Shown piece by piece: positions 28,383 through 38,079 of a stretch of 60,019 bases of DNA. The stretch is taken from NCBI GenBank assembly GCA_041738575.1, contig JBGSPO010000181.1, positions 1 through 60,019 on the forward strand, read 5' to 3'. The position numbers and the translations under genes were made by a program. How positions within the stretch are numbered: position 1 is the first letter of the stretch; every line of letters starts with the position of its first letter. Source of the stretch: Candidatus Aminicenantia bacterium. GTDB taxonomy: Bacteria; Acidobacteriota; Aminicenantia; UBA2199. A model generated the notes under the pieces. The model was not told the DNA's origin and did no database searches. It was given only the letters and a program-made list of their open reading frames with translations.

Positions 28383-29870
28383 ATGCCGGTCGATCCCCAG
28401 GAATTGCACGCCGACAGGAGCCAGGAATGGCGCAACGAATTGCGTGGCAAGCTCAGCGCCAAGGAACGGAGCGCCCTGCCCCGCGTAAAAATGCCCGAGA
28501 TGAAGGCGCGGGAAAGGAGCCGGGGCTTCCAAGAGGTCAACACCGGCCTGAACGAGGAGATGGCGGTCCAGGAGTCCAAGCGCTGCCTGGACTGCTCCAC
28601 CCCGACCTGCATCACGGGTTGCCCGGTGAACATCAACATTCCCGGGTTCATCAAGTTGATCGAGAAGGGGGATTTCGGCGCCGCGGCCAGGAAATTGAAG
28701 GAGACCAACGCCCTGCCCGCCGTCTGCGGCCGGGTCTGCCCCCAGGAGGTCCAGTGCGAGGCCAACTGCGTTTACCAGAAGATGAAAAAACCGCCGGTGG
28801 CCATCGGTTACCTGGAGCGGTTCGCCTCGGATTGCGAGCGCCTGGCGGGCAGCATCGCGATCCCGGTCATCGAAAAAAAGAGCCCGCTCCGCGTCGCTGC
28901 CGTGGGCTCGGGGCCGGCCAGCCTGACCTTCGCCGGCCAGATGGCCAAGTGGGGATACGGCGTGACCGTTTTCGAAGCCTTGCACGAGCTGGCCGGCGTC
29001 TTGAGCTACGGCATTCCCGAGTTCCGCTTGCCCAAGAGCATCGTGCGCTCGGAGATCGCCTACCTGGAAGCCATCGGCGTGTCCTTTGAACGGAACGTGA
29101 TCGTCGGCAGGACCCTCACCGTCGAGGACATGAGGGAGCAGGGTTTCCGGGGATTCTTTATCGGCAGCGGGGCCGGGCTGCCGAAGTTCATGCATATCCC
29201 CGGCGAAAATTCCATCGGCATCTATTCTTCCAACGAATACCTCACCCGCGTCAACCTGATGAAGGCTTACCAGTTTCCCCGCTATGACACGCCGATCGTG
29301 CGCGGCAAACGCGTGGCGGTCATCGGCGGCGGCAACACGGCCATGGATTCGGTGCGCACCGCCATCCGCCTGGGGGCCGACAAGGCGATGATCGTCTACC
29401 GCCGCTCCGAGCAGGAAATGCCCGCCCGCATCGAAGAGGTGCACCACGCCAAGGAGGAAGGGGTCGAGTTCCTGACCTTGACCAATCCCATCGAGTATCT
29501 CGCCGACAGCGCTGGACGGGTGCAACAGATGAAGGTGCAGAAAATGGGCCTGGGCGCGGCGGATGATTCGGGCCGGAGGCGCCCGGTGGTGATCGAGGGC
29601 TCGGAATACGTGATCGACGTCGACACGGTGGTCGTGGGCGTGGGCACCGACCCCAACCCGCTGATCCCGCGGGCGATCCAGGGGCTCGAAGTCACCAAGT
29701 GGGGGACCATCGTGGTCAACGAGGAGACCATGCAGACCGCCGTGCCGGACATTTTTGCCGGCGGCGACATCGTGCGTGGCGGCGCCACCGTCATCCTGGC
29801 CTTGGGAGACGGCAAAAAAGCGGCCGCGTCCATGCGCGATTACCTTCTGGAAAAATTCCCCGGGACCTGA
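28383..29870 (+). CDS. nfnB: NfnB / GltD-family NADPH oxidoreductase (glutamate synthase small-chain homologue)
   Basis: 495 aa. Motifs RCLDCSTPTCITGCPVNINIP, NALPAVCGRVCPQEVQCEANC, VAAVGSGPASL, VAVIGGGNTAMD and FAGGDIVRGGATVILA. Confidence 0.88.
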   Translation: MPVDPQELHADRSQEWRNELRGKLSAKERSALPRVKMPEMKARERSRGFQEVNTGLNEEMAVQESKRCLDCSTPTCITGCPVNINIPGFIKLIEKGDFGAAARKLKETNALPAVCGRVCPQEVQCEANCVYQKMKKPPVAIGYLERFASDCERLAGSIAIPVIEKKSPLRVAAVGSGPASLTFAGQMAKWGYGVTVFEALHELAGVLSYGIPEFRLPKSIVRSEIAYLEAIGVSFERNVIVGRTLTVEDMREQGFRGFFIGSGAGLPKFMHIPGENSIGIYSSNEYLTRVNLMKAYQFPRYDTPIVRGKRVAVIGGGNTAMDSVRTAIRLGADKAMIVYRRSEQEMPARIEEVHHAKEEGVEFLTLTNPIEYLADSAGRVQQMKVQKMGLGAADDSGRRRPVVIEGSEYVIDVDTVVVGVGTDPNPLIPRAIQGLEVTKWGTIVVNEETMQTAVPDIFAGGDIVRGGATVILALGDGKKAAASMRDYLLEKFPGT

Positions 29871-29874
29871 CGCT

Positions 29875-30663
29875 TCAGCCTGCCGGCTCCGGAACCGTTT
29901 CTTTTTCGTCCCCGGCTTTCAGCGGGCCGTATTCCACCTTGACCAGGGTCAACCCCTTGGCCGGCGCGGTCTGTCCGGCCCGGCGCCTGTCCTTGGCCGC
30001 GAAAATGGCGGGAATATCGCGGGCGGCGATCTTGCTGCGGCCGACATCGATCAGCGTGCCGACCATGTTGCGCACCATGTAGCGCAGGAAGCTCTTGCCG
30101 CGGACAATGAAGGTGATCTCCTCGTTCTTGACCTGCATCTTGAACTCGTCTATCTCGCGCAGTCTTTTTTTCCCGGGCTCGTCGGAGGTGAACGAGGAAA
30201 AATCCTTCTGGCCGACGAAATAACGGGTGGCCCGGCGCATGGCCTTGAGGTCGAGCGGGAAAGGCAGGTGCAGGGCGAAGCGCTGGCTGAACGGCGATTG
30301 CACCTGGCCGGTGAATATGCGGTAGACATAGGTCTTGCTGACGGCGCCGAAACGGGCGTTGAAAGACTTGTCCATCACGGCGCATTCCATGATGCGGATG
30401 TCCTTGGGCAGCAGCGAGTTCAGCGCGCGCTTCAGGGAGTCGGGCTCGATGGCCACGGGCAGGTGGAAATTGGCGGTCAGGCCGCTGGAATGGACGCCGG
30501 CGTCGGTGCGCGAGCTGCCGGTGACCATGACCTGTTTCTTGGCGATGATCTTCAGCACCCGGATCAATTCCGCCTGGATGGTCGGGTATTGCGGGGTCTG
30601 GAATTGCCAGCCGTAATACTCTGTGCCGTCGAAATGGACAACCACGCGGTAATTGTTTGTCAT
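29875..30663 (-). CDS. truA: tRNA pseudouridine(38-40) synthase TruA
   Basis: 262 aa from MTNNYRVVVHFDGTEYYGWQ. Catalytic GSSRTDAGVHS. The 364-aa track ORF is an upstream run-on into the neighbouring gene. Confidence 0.9.
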   Translation of the reverse strand: MTNNYRVVVHFDGTEYYGWQFQTPQYPTIQAELIRVLKIIAKKQVMVTGSSRTDAGVHSSGLTANFHLPVAIEPDSLKRALNSLLPKDIRIMECAVMDKSFNARFGAVSKTYVYRIFTGQVQSPFSQRFALHLPFPLDLKAMRRATRYFVGQKDFSSFTSDEPGKKRLREIDEFKMQVKNEEITFIVRGKSFLRYMVRNMVGTLIDVGRSKIAARDIPAIFAAKDRRRAGQTAPAKGLTLVKVEYGPLKAGDEKETVPEPAG

Positions 30664-30677
30664 CTGGGCCCCGTCCT

Positions 30678-31166
30678 TTATTTCAGCCCGCGGAAAAAAG
30701 CGTTGATCTGCTCCATGGCGTCCTGAGCGGATGCGGCCGGGACCACGCCGGGGATGTCCCATGTCTCGATGCCGATGACCTTCCTGCCGTAGATCTGGGT
30801 GTAGGCGATCTCGGACAGCGTGCCGTAGGAGCCGGCGATCGCCACCAGGATATCGGAATTCAGCACCACCAGCGCGTTTCGCAGGTAACCCAGGCCGGTG
30901 GCCAATACGATGTCGGTGAAGCGATTGGCTTCCTGGATGGATTTTCCGGGCAATATGCCGATGACCCACCCGCCGCCCGCCTTGGCTCCCCGGGCCGACG
31001 CTTCCATGACCCCTTTCAAACCGCCGTTGACCAGGGTGTAGCCTTTTTCAGCGACCCGGCGGCCCATCTCCTCGGCGATGGCCAGGTGGCGCGGAGAGGG
31101 GGCGCTGCCGCCGATCAGACCGATCCTCCTGGCAAATGATGGAGCGTTTTGGGGTTGGGTTTTCAA
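30678..31166 (-). CDS. TIGR00725/LOG-like Rossmann-fold protein
   Basis: Motifs RIGLIGGS, LVNGGLKGVMEA, GILPG and IAGSYGTLSEIA. The track ORF start (31226) overlaps rpmB, so I place the start at the in-frame TTG at 31166. The start is uncertain. Confidence 0.7.
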   Translation of the reverse strand: MKTQPQNAPSFARRIGLIGGSAPSPRHLAIAEEMGRRVAEKGYTLVNGGLKGVMEASARGAKAGGGWVIGILPGKSIQEANRFTDIVLATGLGYLRNALVVLNSDILVAIAGSYGTLSEIAYTQIYGRKVIGIETWDIPGVVPAASAQDAMEQINAFFRGLK

Positions 31167-31180
31167 TCCGGAAAGATCGG

Positions 31181-31372
31181 TCAGCCGGCCTTCTGTACCT
31201 TGCCGGAGCGGATGCAGGCGGTGCATACGCGCAGGGATTGGTTCTTGCCATCGACCACGACCTTTACCTTTTGCAGGTTGGGTTCCCAGCGGCGGTTGGT
31301 CATTTTATGGGAATGGCTGACATTGTGGCCGTATACAGGTTTTTTTCCGCATATATCGCATACTTTTGCCAT
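31181..31372 (-). CDS. rpmB: 50S ribosomal protein L28
   Basis: 63 aa, MAKVCDICGKKPVYGHNVSHSHKMTNRRWEPNLQKV. RBS AAGGAGG. Confidence 0.92.
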   Translation of the reverse strand: MAKVCDICGKKPVYGHNVSHSHKMTNRRWEPNLQKVKVVVDGKNQSLRVCTACIRSGKVQKAG

Positions 31373-31483
31373 GGCAGGGGCCTCCTTTTTTGCAAGCGAT
31401 TTCTATTTTACACTTTTTTGCTGCGGAATGCAATTGCCGCGCCCGGCTCCCGTGGTTCGCGGCTCCATCCGGGTGGAGACGGA

Positions 31484-31942
31484 CTAACCGAAAATGAAGC
31501 GGCGGGCCAGGAACAGGACCGCCAGGGTGTACGCCCCGGCCAGCACATCGTCAACCATGATGCCGAATCCGTGCGACAGGGCTTCGCTGCGGTTCACCGG
31601 GAAGGGCTTCAGCACGTCGAGAATGCGGAAAATGAAAAAAGCGGCGATGAAATAGCCCGCCTGGCGGGGCAGGAACCACAGGCTGACCAGCTGCCCGGCC
31701 ACTTCATCGATCACGCAGGGCCGCGGGTCCTTTTTGGCAAGATGCTTTTCGAGTATGGAGCATGCCGGGATGCCGATGGCGAATACGGCGGCGCTGACCA
31801 GGGCCATGACCGCAAAGGGCGCGGTGGCCAGCGGAGAGAAATATACAACGAGCACGGTCAGCAGGGACGCCCAGGTCCCCGGCACCACCGGCAGGTAGCC
31901 GCAACCGAAGAAGGTGGCTATGGCGATCCAGACTTTTTTCAT
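31484..31942 (-). CDS. pgpA: phosphatidylglycerophosphatase A
   Basis: 152 aa. Motifs ATFFGCGYLPVVPGTWASLL and IDEVAGQL. The start overlaps the rimO stop (ATGA). Confidence 0.85.
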   Translation of the reverse strand: MKKVWIAIATFFGCGYLPVVPGTWASLLTVLVVYFSPLATAPFAVMALVSAAVFAIGIPACSILEKHLAKKDPRPCVIDEVAGQLVSLWFLPRQAGYFIAAFFIFRILDVLKPFPVNRSEALSHGFGIMVDDVLAGAYTLAVLFLARRFIFG

Positions 31943-33267
31943 TTTTTTTCTCCTTGCAGCATCTCGCCCCTGAAACCGCTGATGCGAATGGAAAAGATGG
32001 ACTGGCCTTCGGCAAAGACCCTGTTCACTTGGCAGTGGCCGTCCACCTCGGGGGCCTGCGCCCAGATGCGGCCGATGGTGCTGCGGTTGGTCCAGGGAGC
32101 CAGGGGTAGGAAATTCATCGTTTTTCCGACCCGTCCCTTATTGAATTTTTTCAGGTTGCGCTCCGAAACATCCAGCAGCAGCCGCTTCCTTTCCAGGCCG
32201 ATGCGCGGCCGCGTTCTCCCGGGAAGATCGAAGCTGGCCGTGTTCTCCTCGGGGGAATAAACAAAGGCGCCGATCCGTTCCAGCCGGGACTCAACGGCAA
32301 AATCGAGCAACTGCCGGAAGTCGGCCGCGCTTTCGCCCGGGAAGCCGACGATGAACGTGCTGCGCAGAACGGCGTCGGGGAATCGCTCCCGGATATCCCG
32401 TACCAGGCGCAGGTTCTTCTGATAACCGCCGCCACGGTTCATTTTTTTCAGCACCGGCGCCGCTGCGTGCTGGAAAGGCAGGTCGAAGTACGGCAGCACC
32501 CCGGGGCGGTCGAAGCCTTCGATGATCTCCGGGGTCACCTCTTCCGGCATGAGGTAGAGGACGCGCAGCCAGGCAAACCCCAGGCCGGACAGCTCGTTCA
32601 GCAGCGCGGGCAGCTGTGACTTCGGCTCCCGGTCCCTGCCGAAAAAAGTGGAGTTCTGGGAAATGAGGTTCAGCTCCTCCACTCCCCTTTTTTTCAGCGC
32701 CAGCGCTTCCCTGACGATGGAAGGGATCGTCCGCGAACGGAACGGCCCGCGGATCTGCGGGATGGCGCAAAAGCTGCAGGTCATGTTGCAGCCTTCGGAG
32801 ATCTTGATGAAGGAGGAGTTGGCGGTGGTGAACGTTGCCCGGCGATGCGTGTCGCTATAAAGAAAAAGCTGGCGGTCGGAATAAGCGACCGGCCGGTCGG
32901 CGGCGACGGCGTCGGCCAGCGACTCGATATCGTTGACTCCCCAGAGAATGTCGGCGGCGGCGAACGTGCCGGCCAGGTCCTTATGGTAGCGCTGGATCAG
33001 GCAGCCGAATACGGCCAGCTTCCTGATCTCGCCCCGCTCTTTTTTTTCCAGGGCGGCCAGGATCTCTTCGATGCTTTCTTCCTTGGCGTCGCGGATAAAG
33101 CCGCAGGTGTTGATCACCAGCCAGTCAGGGTTCTCGTATTCGGAGACGATCGTTACCCCCCTTTCCTGCAGCATCCCGGCCAGCACTTCGCTGTCCACGG
33201 CGTTCTTGAAACAGCCCAGGCTGACAAAAGCCGCGCTTCGACAAGCAGTTTTTTGCGTTTTCTTCAT
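31939..33267 (-). CDS. rimO: ribosomal protein S12 methylthiotransferase RimO (radical SAM MTTase)
   Basis: N-terminal VSLGCFKNAVDSEVLAG, radical-SAM motif GCNMTCSFC and a C-terminal TRAM-like region. ATG at 33267. Confidence 0.85.
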   Translation of the reverse strand: MKKTQKTACRSAAFVSLGCFKNAVDSEVLAGMLQERGVTIVSEYENPDWLVINTCGFIRDAKEESIEEILAALEKKERGEIRKLAVFGCLIQRYHKDLAGTFAAADILWGVNDIESLADAVAADRPVAYSDRQLFLYSDTHRRATFTTANSSFIKISEGCNMTCSFCAIPQIRGPFRSRTIPSIVREALALKKRGVEELNLISQNSTFFGRDREPKSQLPALLNELSGLGFAWLRVLYLMPEEVTPEIIEGFDRPGVLPYFDLPFQHAAAPVLKKMNRGGGYQKNLRLVRDIRERFPDAVLRSTFIVGFPGESAADFRQLLDFAVESRLERIGAFVYSPEENTASFDLPGRTRPRIGLERKRLLLDVSERNLKKFNKGRVGKTMNFLPLAPWTNRSTIGRIWAQAPEVDGHCQVNRVFAEGQSIFSIRISGFRGEMLQGEKK

Positions 33268-33370
33268 GGGGGAAGTCTCTGTTCCGATCAGAAGGCCATT
33301 GTAGCAAAAGCCTGGCGCGAAGGCAAATCCCGGCCCGGTTTTCATTGGGTCGGCTGCGAAAATTCACCGA

Positions 33371-33399
33371 TTGACGGAGATATTTTTCTATGCTATATC
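33371..33399 (+). promoter_or_regulatory. sigma70-like promoter of the 33433-38580 operon
   Basis: TTGACG (33371-33376), a 17-nt spacer, then TATATC (33394-33399), about 35 nt upstream of the ATG at 33433. Confidence 0.45.
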
Positions 33400-33432
33400 A
33401 ACGATGCATAACTGTCTAACAAGGAGGAATAT

Positions 33433-34578
33433 ATGAGCGTCTCGGGTGAAAAATCGCAAGGCAAGAAGTACAAGATCGCCTGGCTCCCCGGCGACGGCAT
33501 CGGCATCGAGGTGCTGGAAGCGGCCAAGATCGTCCTCGACAAACTGGAGCTCAACGCCGAATACATTCACGGCGACATCGGCTGGGAGTTCTGGTGCCGG
33601 GAGGGAGATGCTTTCCCACAGCGCACCATCGACCTGCTCGGCAGCGTCGACGCGGCCATGTTCGGCGCCATCACTTCCAAGCCGGTCAAGGCGGCGGAGA
33701 CCGAGCTCGTGCCCGAGCTGAAGGGCAAGGGGCTGGTCTATCGTTCCCCCATCGTGCGCATGCGCCAGCTTTTCGACCTGTACACCTGCCTGCGGCCCTG
33801 CAAGGCCTATCCGGGCAACCCGCTGAATTTCAAGACCGACATCGACCTGGTCGTGTTCCGCGAGAACACCGAGGGACTGTATTCCGGAGTCGAGTTCAAC
33901 CCGGTGCCCCAGGAGCTCAAGGACTTGCTGCTGAAGATATCCAAGCCGTTCGCCGCGTTCAAGGACGTGCCGCTGGAACAGTACGCCCTGACCTGCAAGA
34001 TCAACACCCGCAAGGGCTCGGAAAGGATCGTGCGCGCCGCCTTTGAGTACGCCAAGAAATACGGGCGCAAGAAGGTGACCGTCATCCACAAGGCCAACGT
34101 CGTGCGCGCCACCGAGGGGCTGTTCCTTGAGGTCGCCAAGGAAGTGGCCAAGGATTATCCCGGCATCCAGTGCGACGACGCCAACGTCGACGCCATCTGC
34201 ATGTGGCTGCTGAAGAACCCCATGAACTACGAGGTGCTGGTCGCCACCAACCTCTTCGGCGACATCATCTCCGACCTCTGCGCCCAGATGGTGGGCGGGC
34301 TGGGCTTCGGCTGCTCGGGCAACATCGGCGCCAAGCTGGCGGTGTTCGAGCCTACCCACGGCTCGGCCCCCAAGTATGCCGGCCAGTACAAGGTGAACCC
34401 CATCGCCACCATCCTGGCGGCCAAGATGATGCTGACCTGGCTGGGCGAGACCGAAAAAGCGGAGCGGATCGAGACGGCGGTTGCCGCGGTGATCAAGGAA
34501 GGCAAGGTGCGCACCTATGACATGGGCGGCACCAGCAAGACCCTGGAAATGGCCGAGGCCATCGCGGCGAAACTGTAG
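33433..34578 (+). CDS. beta-decarboxylating dehydrogenase (isopropylmalate / homoisocitrate / isocitrate dehydrogenase family)
   Basis: 381 aa. Motifs LPGDGIGIEV, YRSPIVRMRQLFDLYTCLRP, FRENTEGLYSG, NLFGDIISDL and EPTHGSAPKYAG. AAGGAGG RBS. Confidence 0.85.
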   Translation: MSVSGEKSQGKKYKIAWLPGDGIGIEVLEAAKIVLDKLELNAEYIHGDIGWEFWCREGDAFPQRTIDLLGSVDAAMFGAITSKPVKAAETELVPELKGKGLVYRSPIVRMRQLFDLYTCLRPCKAYPGNPLNFKTDIDLVVFRENTEGLYSGVEFNPVPQELKDLLLKISKPFAAFKDVPLEQYALTCKINTRKGSERIVRAAFEYAKKYGRKKVTVIHKANVVRATEGLFLEVAKEVAKDYPGIQCDDANVDAICMWLLKNPMNYEVLVATNLFGDIISDLCAQMVGGLGFGCSGNIGAKLAVFEPTHGSAPKYAGQYKVNPIATILAAKMMLTWLGETEKAERIETAVAAVIKEGKVRTYDMGGTSKTLEMAEAIAAKL

Positions 34579-34626
34579 CCCCGGCGCGCGTGCGGCAAGC
34601 GTCAAAACGCAGAGGGAGAACGCCAC

Positions 34627-35547
34627 ATGAATGAGATCAGGATTCACGAAGTGGGATTGCGGGACGGGCTGCAGATCGAGAAGCAGACCGTGCCGCTGGA
34701 AAAAAAGATCGCCTGGGTGGAGGGCCTCCTTGCCGCCGGCATCGACATGGTCCAGCTCGGGTCGTTCGTCAATCCCGAAAAGGTCCCGCAGATGGCCGAC
34801 ACCGACAAGCTGTTCGTCCATTTCAGCCAGAAGGACAAGAAGCCGGCCGCGGCCGTGCTGTCGGGGCTGGTGCTCAATGAAAAAGGGCTGGAGCGGGGGA
34901 TGGCCTGCGGCGTCGACATGTTCTGTATGGGGGTTTCGGCCAGCGATACCCACAGCCGCAAGAACACCGGCAAGTCCACCGAGGAGGCCGTTGGCCAGAT
35001 CATCGCCATGGCCCAGGCGGGCATGAAGGCGCAGAAGCGCGTGCAGGCCTCCATCCAGTCGGCGTTCGGCTGCGGCTTCGAAGGCCCCATCTCCGCGGAG
35101 CGGGTCCTGTCGATCGTCGACAGGTACCTCGCCGCCGGCATCCGCAACATCAGCCTTGCCGATACGGCGGGCCACGCCTACCCGCCCCAGGTTGAATCTC
35201 TGTACGCCGAGATCCTGAAGCGCGACGACCAGGTCGAGCTGGCCTGCCATTTCCATAACACCTACGGCCTGGGTTTGGCCAACTGCTACGCGGCCCTGAG
35301 GACCGGCGTGAAGTATTTCGAATCGGCCCTGGGCGGCCTGGGCGGCTGTCCCTTCACCAAGGTGGCGGCGGGCAATGTCTGCACGGAAGACTTGGTCCAT
35401 TCGCTCCAGCGCCAGGGCATGATCATGGACATCCATCTGGACAAGCTCATGGAGACAGCCCGTGACATCGGGGGCTTTTTCGGTCGTGAGCTGCCCGGAT
35501 TCATTCTCAAGGCGGGGTCCATCGTCAATTTCAAGAAAACGCAATAA
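34627..35547 (+). CDS. HMG-CoA lyase family (DRE-TIM) acyl-CoA lyase
   Basis: 306 aa. Motifs IHEVGLRDGLQIEKQ, SFVNPEKVPQMAD, CHFHNTYGLGLAN and GGLGGCPF. Confidence 0.85.
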   Translation: MNEIRIHEVGLRDGLQIEKQTVPLEKKIAWVEGLLAAGIDMVQLGSFVNPEKVPQMADTDKLFVHFSQKDKKPAAAVLSGLVLNEKGLERGMACGVDMFCMGVSASDTHSRKNTGKSTEEAVGQIIAMAQAGMKAQKRVQASIQSAFGCGFEGPISAERVLSIVDRYLAAGIRNISLADTAGHAYPPQVESLYAEILKRDDQVELACHFHNTYGLGLANCYAALRTGVKYFESALGGLGGCPFTKVAAGNVCTEDLVHSLQRQGMIMDIHLDKLMETARDIGGFFGRELPGFILKAGSIVNFKKTQ

Positions 35548-35559
35548 AGGAGAGCCAGC

Positions 35560-36753
35560 ATGAAACTATTGGAAAAGGTCAGGGTCCTGGACCTGACCAA
35601 TGTCCTGTCCGGCCCCTTCGCCACCATGCACCTGGCGCTGCTCGGGGCCGAGGTGATCAAGATCGAAAACCCTGACGGCGGCGACCTGGCCCGCAAACTG
35701 GGGAACGTCAACCCCCTGAACAAGCAGCTGATGGGGACCAGTTTTTTGGCCCAGAACGCCAACAAGAAATCGCTGACCCTCAACCTGAAGTTCGAGGAGG
35801 GCAAGGAGATCTTCCGCAAGCTGCTCAAGACCGCTGACGTGGTGGTGGAGAATTTCCGCCCCGGGGTCATGGCCAAGCTCGGCTTCTCCTATGAAAAGAT
35901 CTGCCAGATCAACCCCAAGATTGTTTATTGCGCCATCTCGGGCTTCGGCCAGACCGGGCCCGACGCCTTCAAGCCGGCCTACGACCAGATCATCCAGGGC
36001 TTAAGCGGCGTCATGGCCGTCAATGGCGACGAGCGGCTCAACCCGCTGCGCGCCGGATTTCCGGTCTGCGACACCGTCGGAGGCTTGAACGCGGCCTTCG
36101 CCGTCATGGCCGCCCTCTACCATCGCGAGCGCAGCGGCGAGGGGCAGTTCATCGACATCGCCATGCTCGACTCGATCATGCCGCTGATGGGCTGGGTGGC
36201 GGCCAATCTGCTCATCGGCAACCAGCAGCCGGTGCTGATGGGCAACGACAACTTCACCGCCGCCCCCTCGGGATCTTTCCGCACCCGGGACGGCTATGTC
36301 AATATCGCCGCCAACCAGCAGAAGCAGTGGGAGGACCTGGCCGACGCCCTGGGCGTGCCGGAGCTGAAGAGCGATCCCCGTTTCCAGGAGCGCGATACGC
36401 GCAAGGCCAACCGCAAGCAACTCACCCCGCTGCTGGAGGAGAAGCTGACCCGGGAGTCCACGGTGCACTGGGTGGAAGTCCTGAACGAAAAGGGCATCCC
36501 CACCGGCGACATCTATGGCCTGGAAAAGGCGCTGCTGCAGCCCCAAAGCGAGCACCGCCAGGTGATCGCCACGGTCAAGGAGGAGGGCATCGGCGACATC
36601 AAGCTCTTCAACCTGACCGCCAAGTTTTCCAAGACGCCGGCGCAGATCGACGCGCCCCCGCCGCGGCTGTCCGCTCATACAGGCGAAATTTTGCGCGGGT
36701 TGGGCTACAAGGAAGAAGAGATCAAGGCTATGAAGGAAAAGGGCGCGATCTGA
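35560..36753 (+). CDS. family III CoA-transferase (CaiB/BaiF type)
   Basis: 397 aa. Motifs VRVLDLTNVLSGPFATMHLALLGAEVIKIE, ENFRPGVMAKLG and ISGFGQTGP. Confidence 0.88.
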   Translation: MKLLEKVRVLDLTNVLSGPFATMHLALLGAEVIKIENPDGGDLARKLGNVNPLNKQLMGTSFLAQNANKKSLTLNLKFEEGKEIFRKLLKTADVVVENFRPGVMAKLGFSYEKICQINPKIVYCAISGFGQTGPDAFKPAYDQIIQGLSGVMAVNGDERLNPLRAGFPVCDTVGGLNAAFAVMAALYHRERSGEGQFIDIAMLDSIMPLMGWVAANLLIGNQQPVLMGNDNFTAAPSGSFRTRDGYVNIAANQQKQWEDLADALGVPELKSDPRFQERDTRKANRKQLTPLLEEKLTRESTVHWVEVLNEKGIPTGDIYGLEKALLQPQSEHRQVIATVKEEGIGDIKLFNLTAKFSKTPAQIDAPPPRLSAHTGEILRGLGYKEEEIKAMKEKGAI

Positions 36754-36782
36754 GCGTCGACAAATAACAAGGAGGAAACAGC

Positions 36783-38075
36783 ATGGGAATGACAATGGTT
36801 GAAAAGATACTGGCCAAAGCAACGGGCCAGTCCGCGGTCAAGGCGAATGACGTGCTTGAGCCCAGGGTCGACCTGGCCATGTCGCACGAGAACGGCGCCC
36901 TGGTGATCAACCAGTTCAGCGAGATCTACAAGGACACGGGGCTCGAGGCCAAGGTGTGGGACCCGGCGAAGATCGCCATCATCTTCGACCACCGCGTGCC
37001 GGCCGAAAGCGCGAAGACGGCCGGCAACCAGAAGAAGATCCGCGACTTCGTGGCCAAGCAGGGCATTACCAAGTTCCACGACATCCGCGGCGACAGCGGC
37101 GGCATCTGCCACCAGATCCTCCCCGAGTTTGGCTACGTGCGGCCGGGCAGCGTCGTGGTCGGCACCGACAGCCACACCACCAGCCATGGCGCCCTGGGCG
37201 CCTTTTCCTTCGGCATTGGCGCCACCGAGATGGCCGCGGTCTGGGCCCTGGGCAAGGTCTTGAACGTAGAGGTGCCGGGCACGATCAAGGTGGTCTGCGA
37301 GGGCAAGTTCAAGCGCCACGTCGCGCCCAAGGACCTGATCCTGCACCTGATCGGCAAACTGACCGCCGAAGGGGCCAACTTCAAGGTCATCGAGTTCCAC
37401 GGCCCGGCCATCGAGAACATGTCGACCTCCGGCCGGCTGGTGATCTGCAACATGACGGTCGAAGCGGGCGCCACTTCGGGCATCGTTCCTCCCGACGCCG
37501 AAACGCGGCGCTACCTGCAGGAAGAGGCCGGCGTCAAGGACCTTCCCGAGTTCTTCGGCCCCGACGCCGACGCGAGCTATGACCAGGTGATCACCGTCAA
37601 CGTCTCCAAGCTGCAGCCGCAGATCGCTTGCCCGCACACGGTGGACAACGTCAAGCCCATCAAGCAGGTCCTGGGCACGAAGCTCAACCAGATCGTCATC
37701 GGCTCCTGCACCAACGGCCGCCTCGACGATCTGGCCATCGCCGCCAAGATCCTCAAGGGCAAGAAGGTGGCCAAGGGCACGCGCATGCTGATCTTTCCGG
37801 CCTCGACGCGCATCTACCTGCAGGCCCTGAAGAAAGGCTATGTCGCCACCTTCATGGAAGCCGGCGCCGTGGTCATGAACTCGGGCTGCGGCCCCTGTCT
37901 GGGCGTGCACCAGGGGGCGCTCGCCGACGGTGACGTCGCCCTGGCCACGACCAACCGCAACTTCAAGGGACGCATGGGCAACCCCAACGCCGACGTCTAT
38001 CTCTGCTCGCCGGCCGTGGCCGCCGCCAGCGCCATCACCGGCGTCATCACCGACCCGAGAAAAAAAGGAGAGTAG
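36783..38075 (+). CDS. aconitase-family dehydratase large subunit (LeuC / homoaconitase type, short archaeal-like form)
   Basis: 430 aa. Motifs GTDSHTTSHGALGAFSFGIGATEMA, GSCTNGRLDDL and NSGCGPCLG. Confidence 0.88.
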   Translation: MGMTMVEKILAKATGQSAVKANDVLEPRVDLAMSHENGALVINQFSEIYKDTGLEAKVWDPAKIAIIFDHRVPAESAKTAGNQKKIRDFVAKQGITKFHDIRGDSGGICHQILPEFGYVRPGSVVVGTDSHTTSHGALGAFSFGIGATEMAAVWALGKVLNVEVPGTIKVVCEGKFKRHVAPKDLILHLIGKLTAEGANFKVIEFHGPAIENMSTSGRLVICNMTVEAGATSGIVPPDAETRRYLQEEAGVKDLPEFFGPDADASYDQVITVNVSKLQPQIACPHTVDNVKPIKQVLGTKLNQIVIGSCTNGRLDDLAIAAKILKGKKVAKGTRMLIFPASTRIYLQALKKGYVATFMEAGAVVMNSGCGPCLGVHQGALADGDVALATTNRNFKGRMGNPNADVYLCSPAVAAASAITGVITDPRKKGE

Positions 38076-38079
38076 CAAC

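Noticed and set aside
27807-29525. A 572-aa minus-strand ORF opposite nfnA/nfnB.
   Set aside because: It is an antisense shadow ORF. The NfnAB motifs on the plus strand are unambiguous.
29875-30969. A 364-aa ORF implying a long N-terminal extension of TruA.
   Set aside because: The extension is R/H/G/P-rich noise that overlaps the LOG-like gene in another frame. The canonical TruA N-terminus starts at the ATG at 30663.
33388-35544. A 718-aa minus-strand ORF. Similar long antisense ORFs lie at 3640-4974, 5822-7231, 8854-9999, 15292-16242, 16496-17587, 17944-19227 and 36705-38129.
   Set aside because: These are shadow ORFs opposite well-supported genes in GC-rich DNA. Their translations are low-complexity (G/A/D/V/L/H/R-rich) with no recognisable motifs, whereas the opposite strand carries textbook enzyme signatures.
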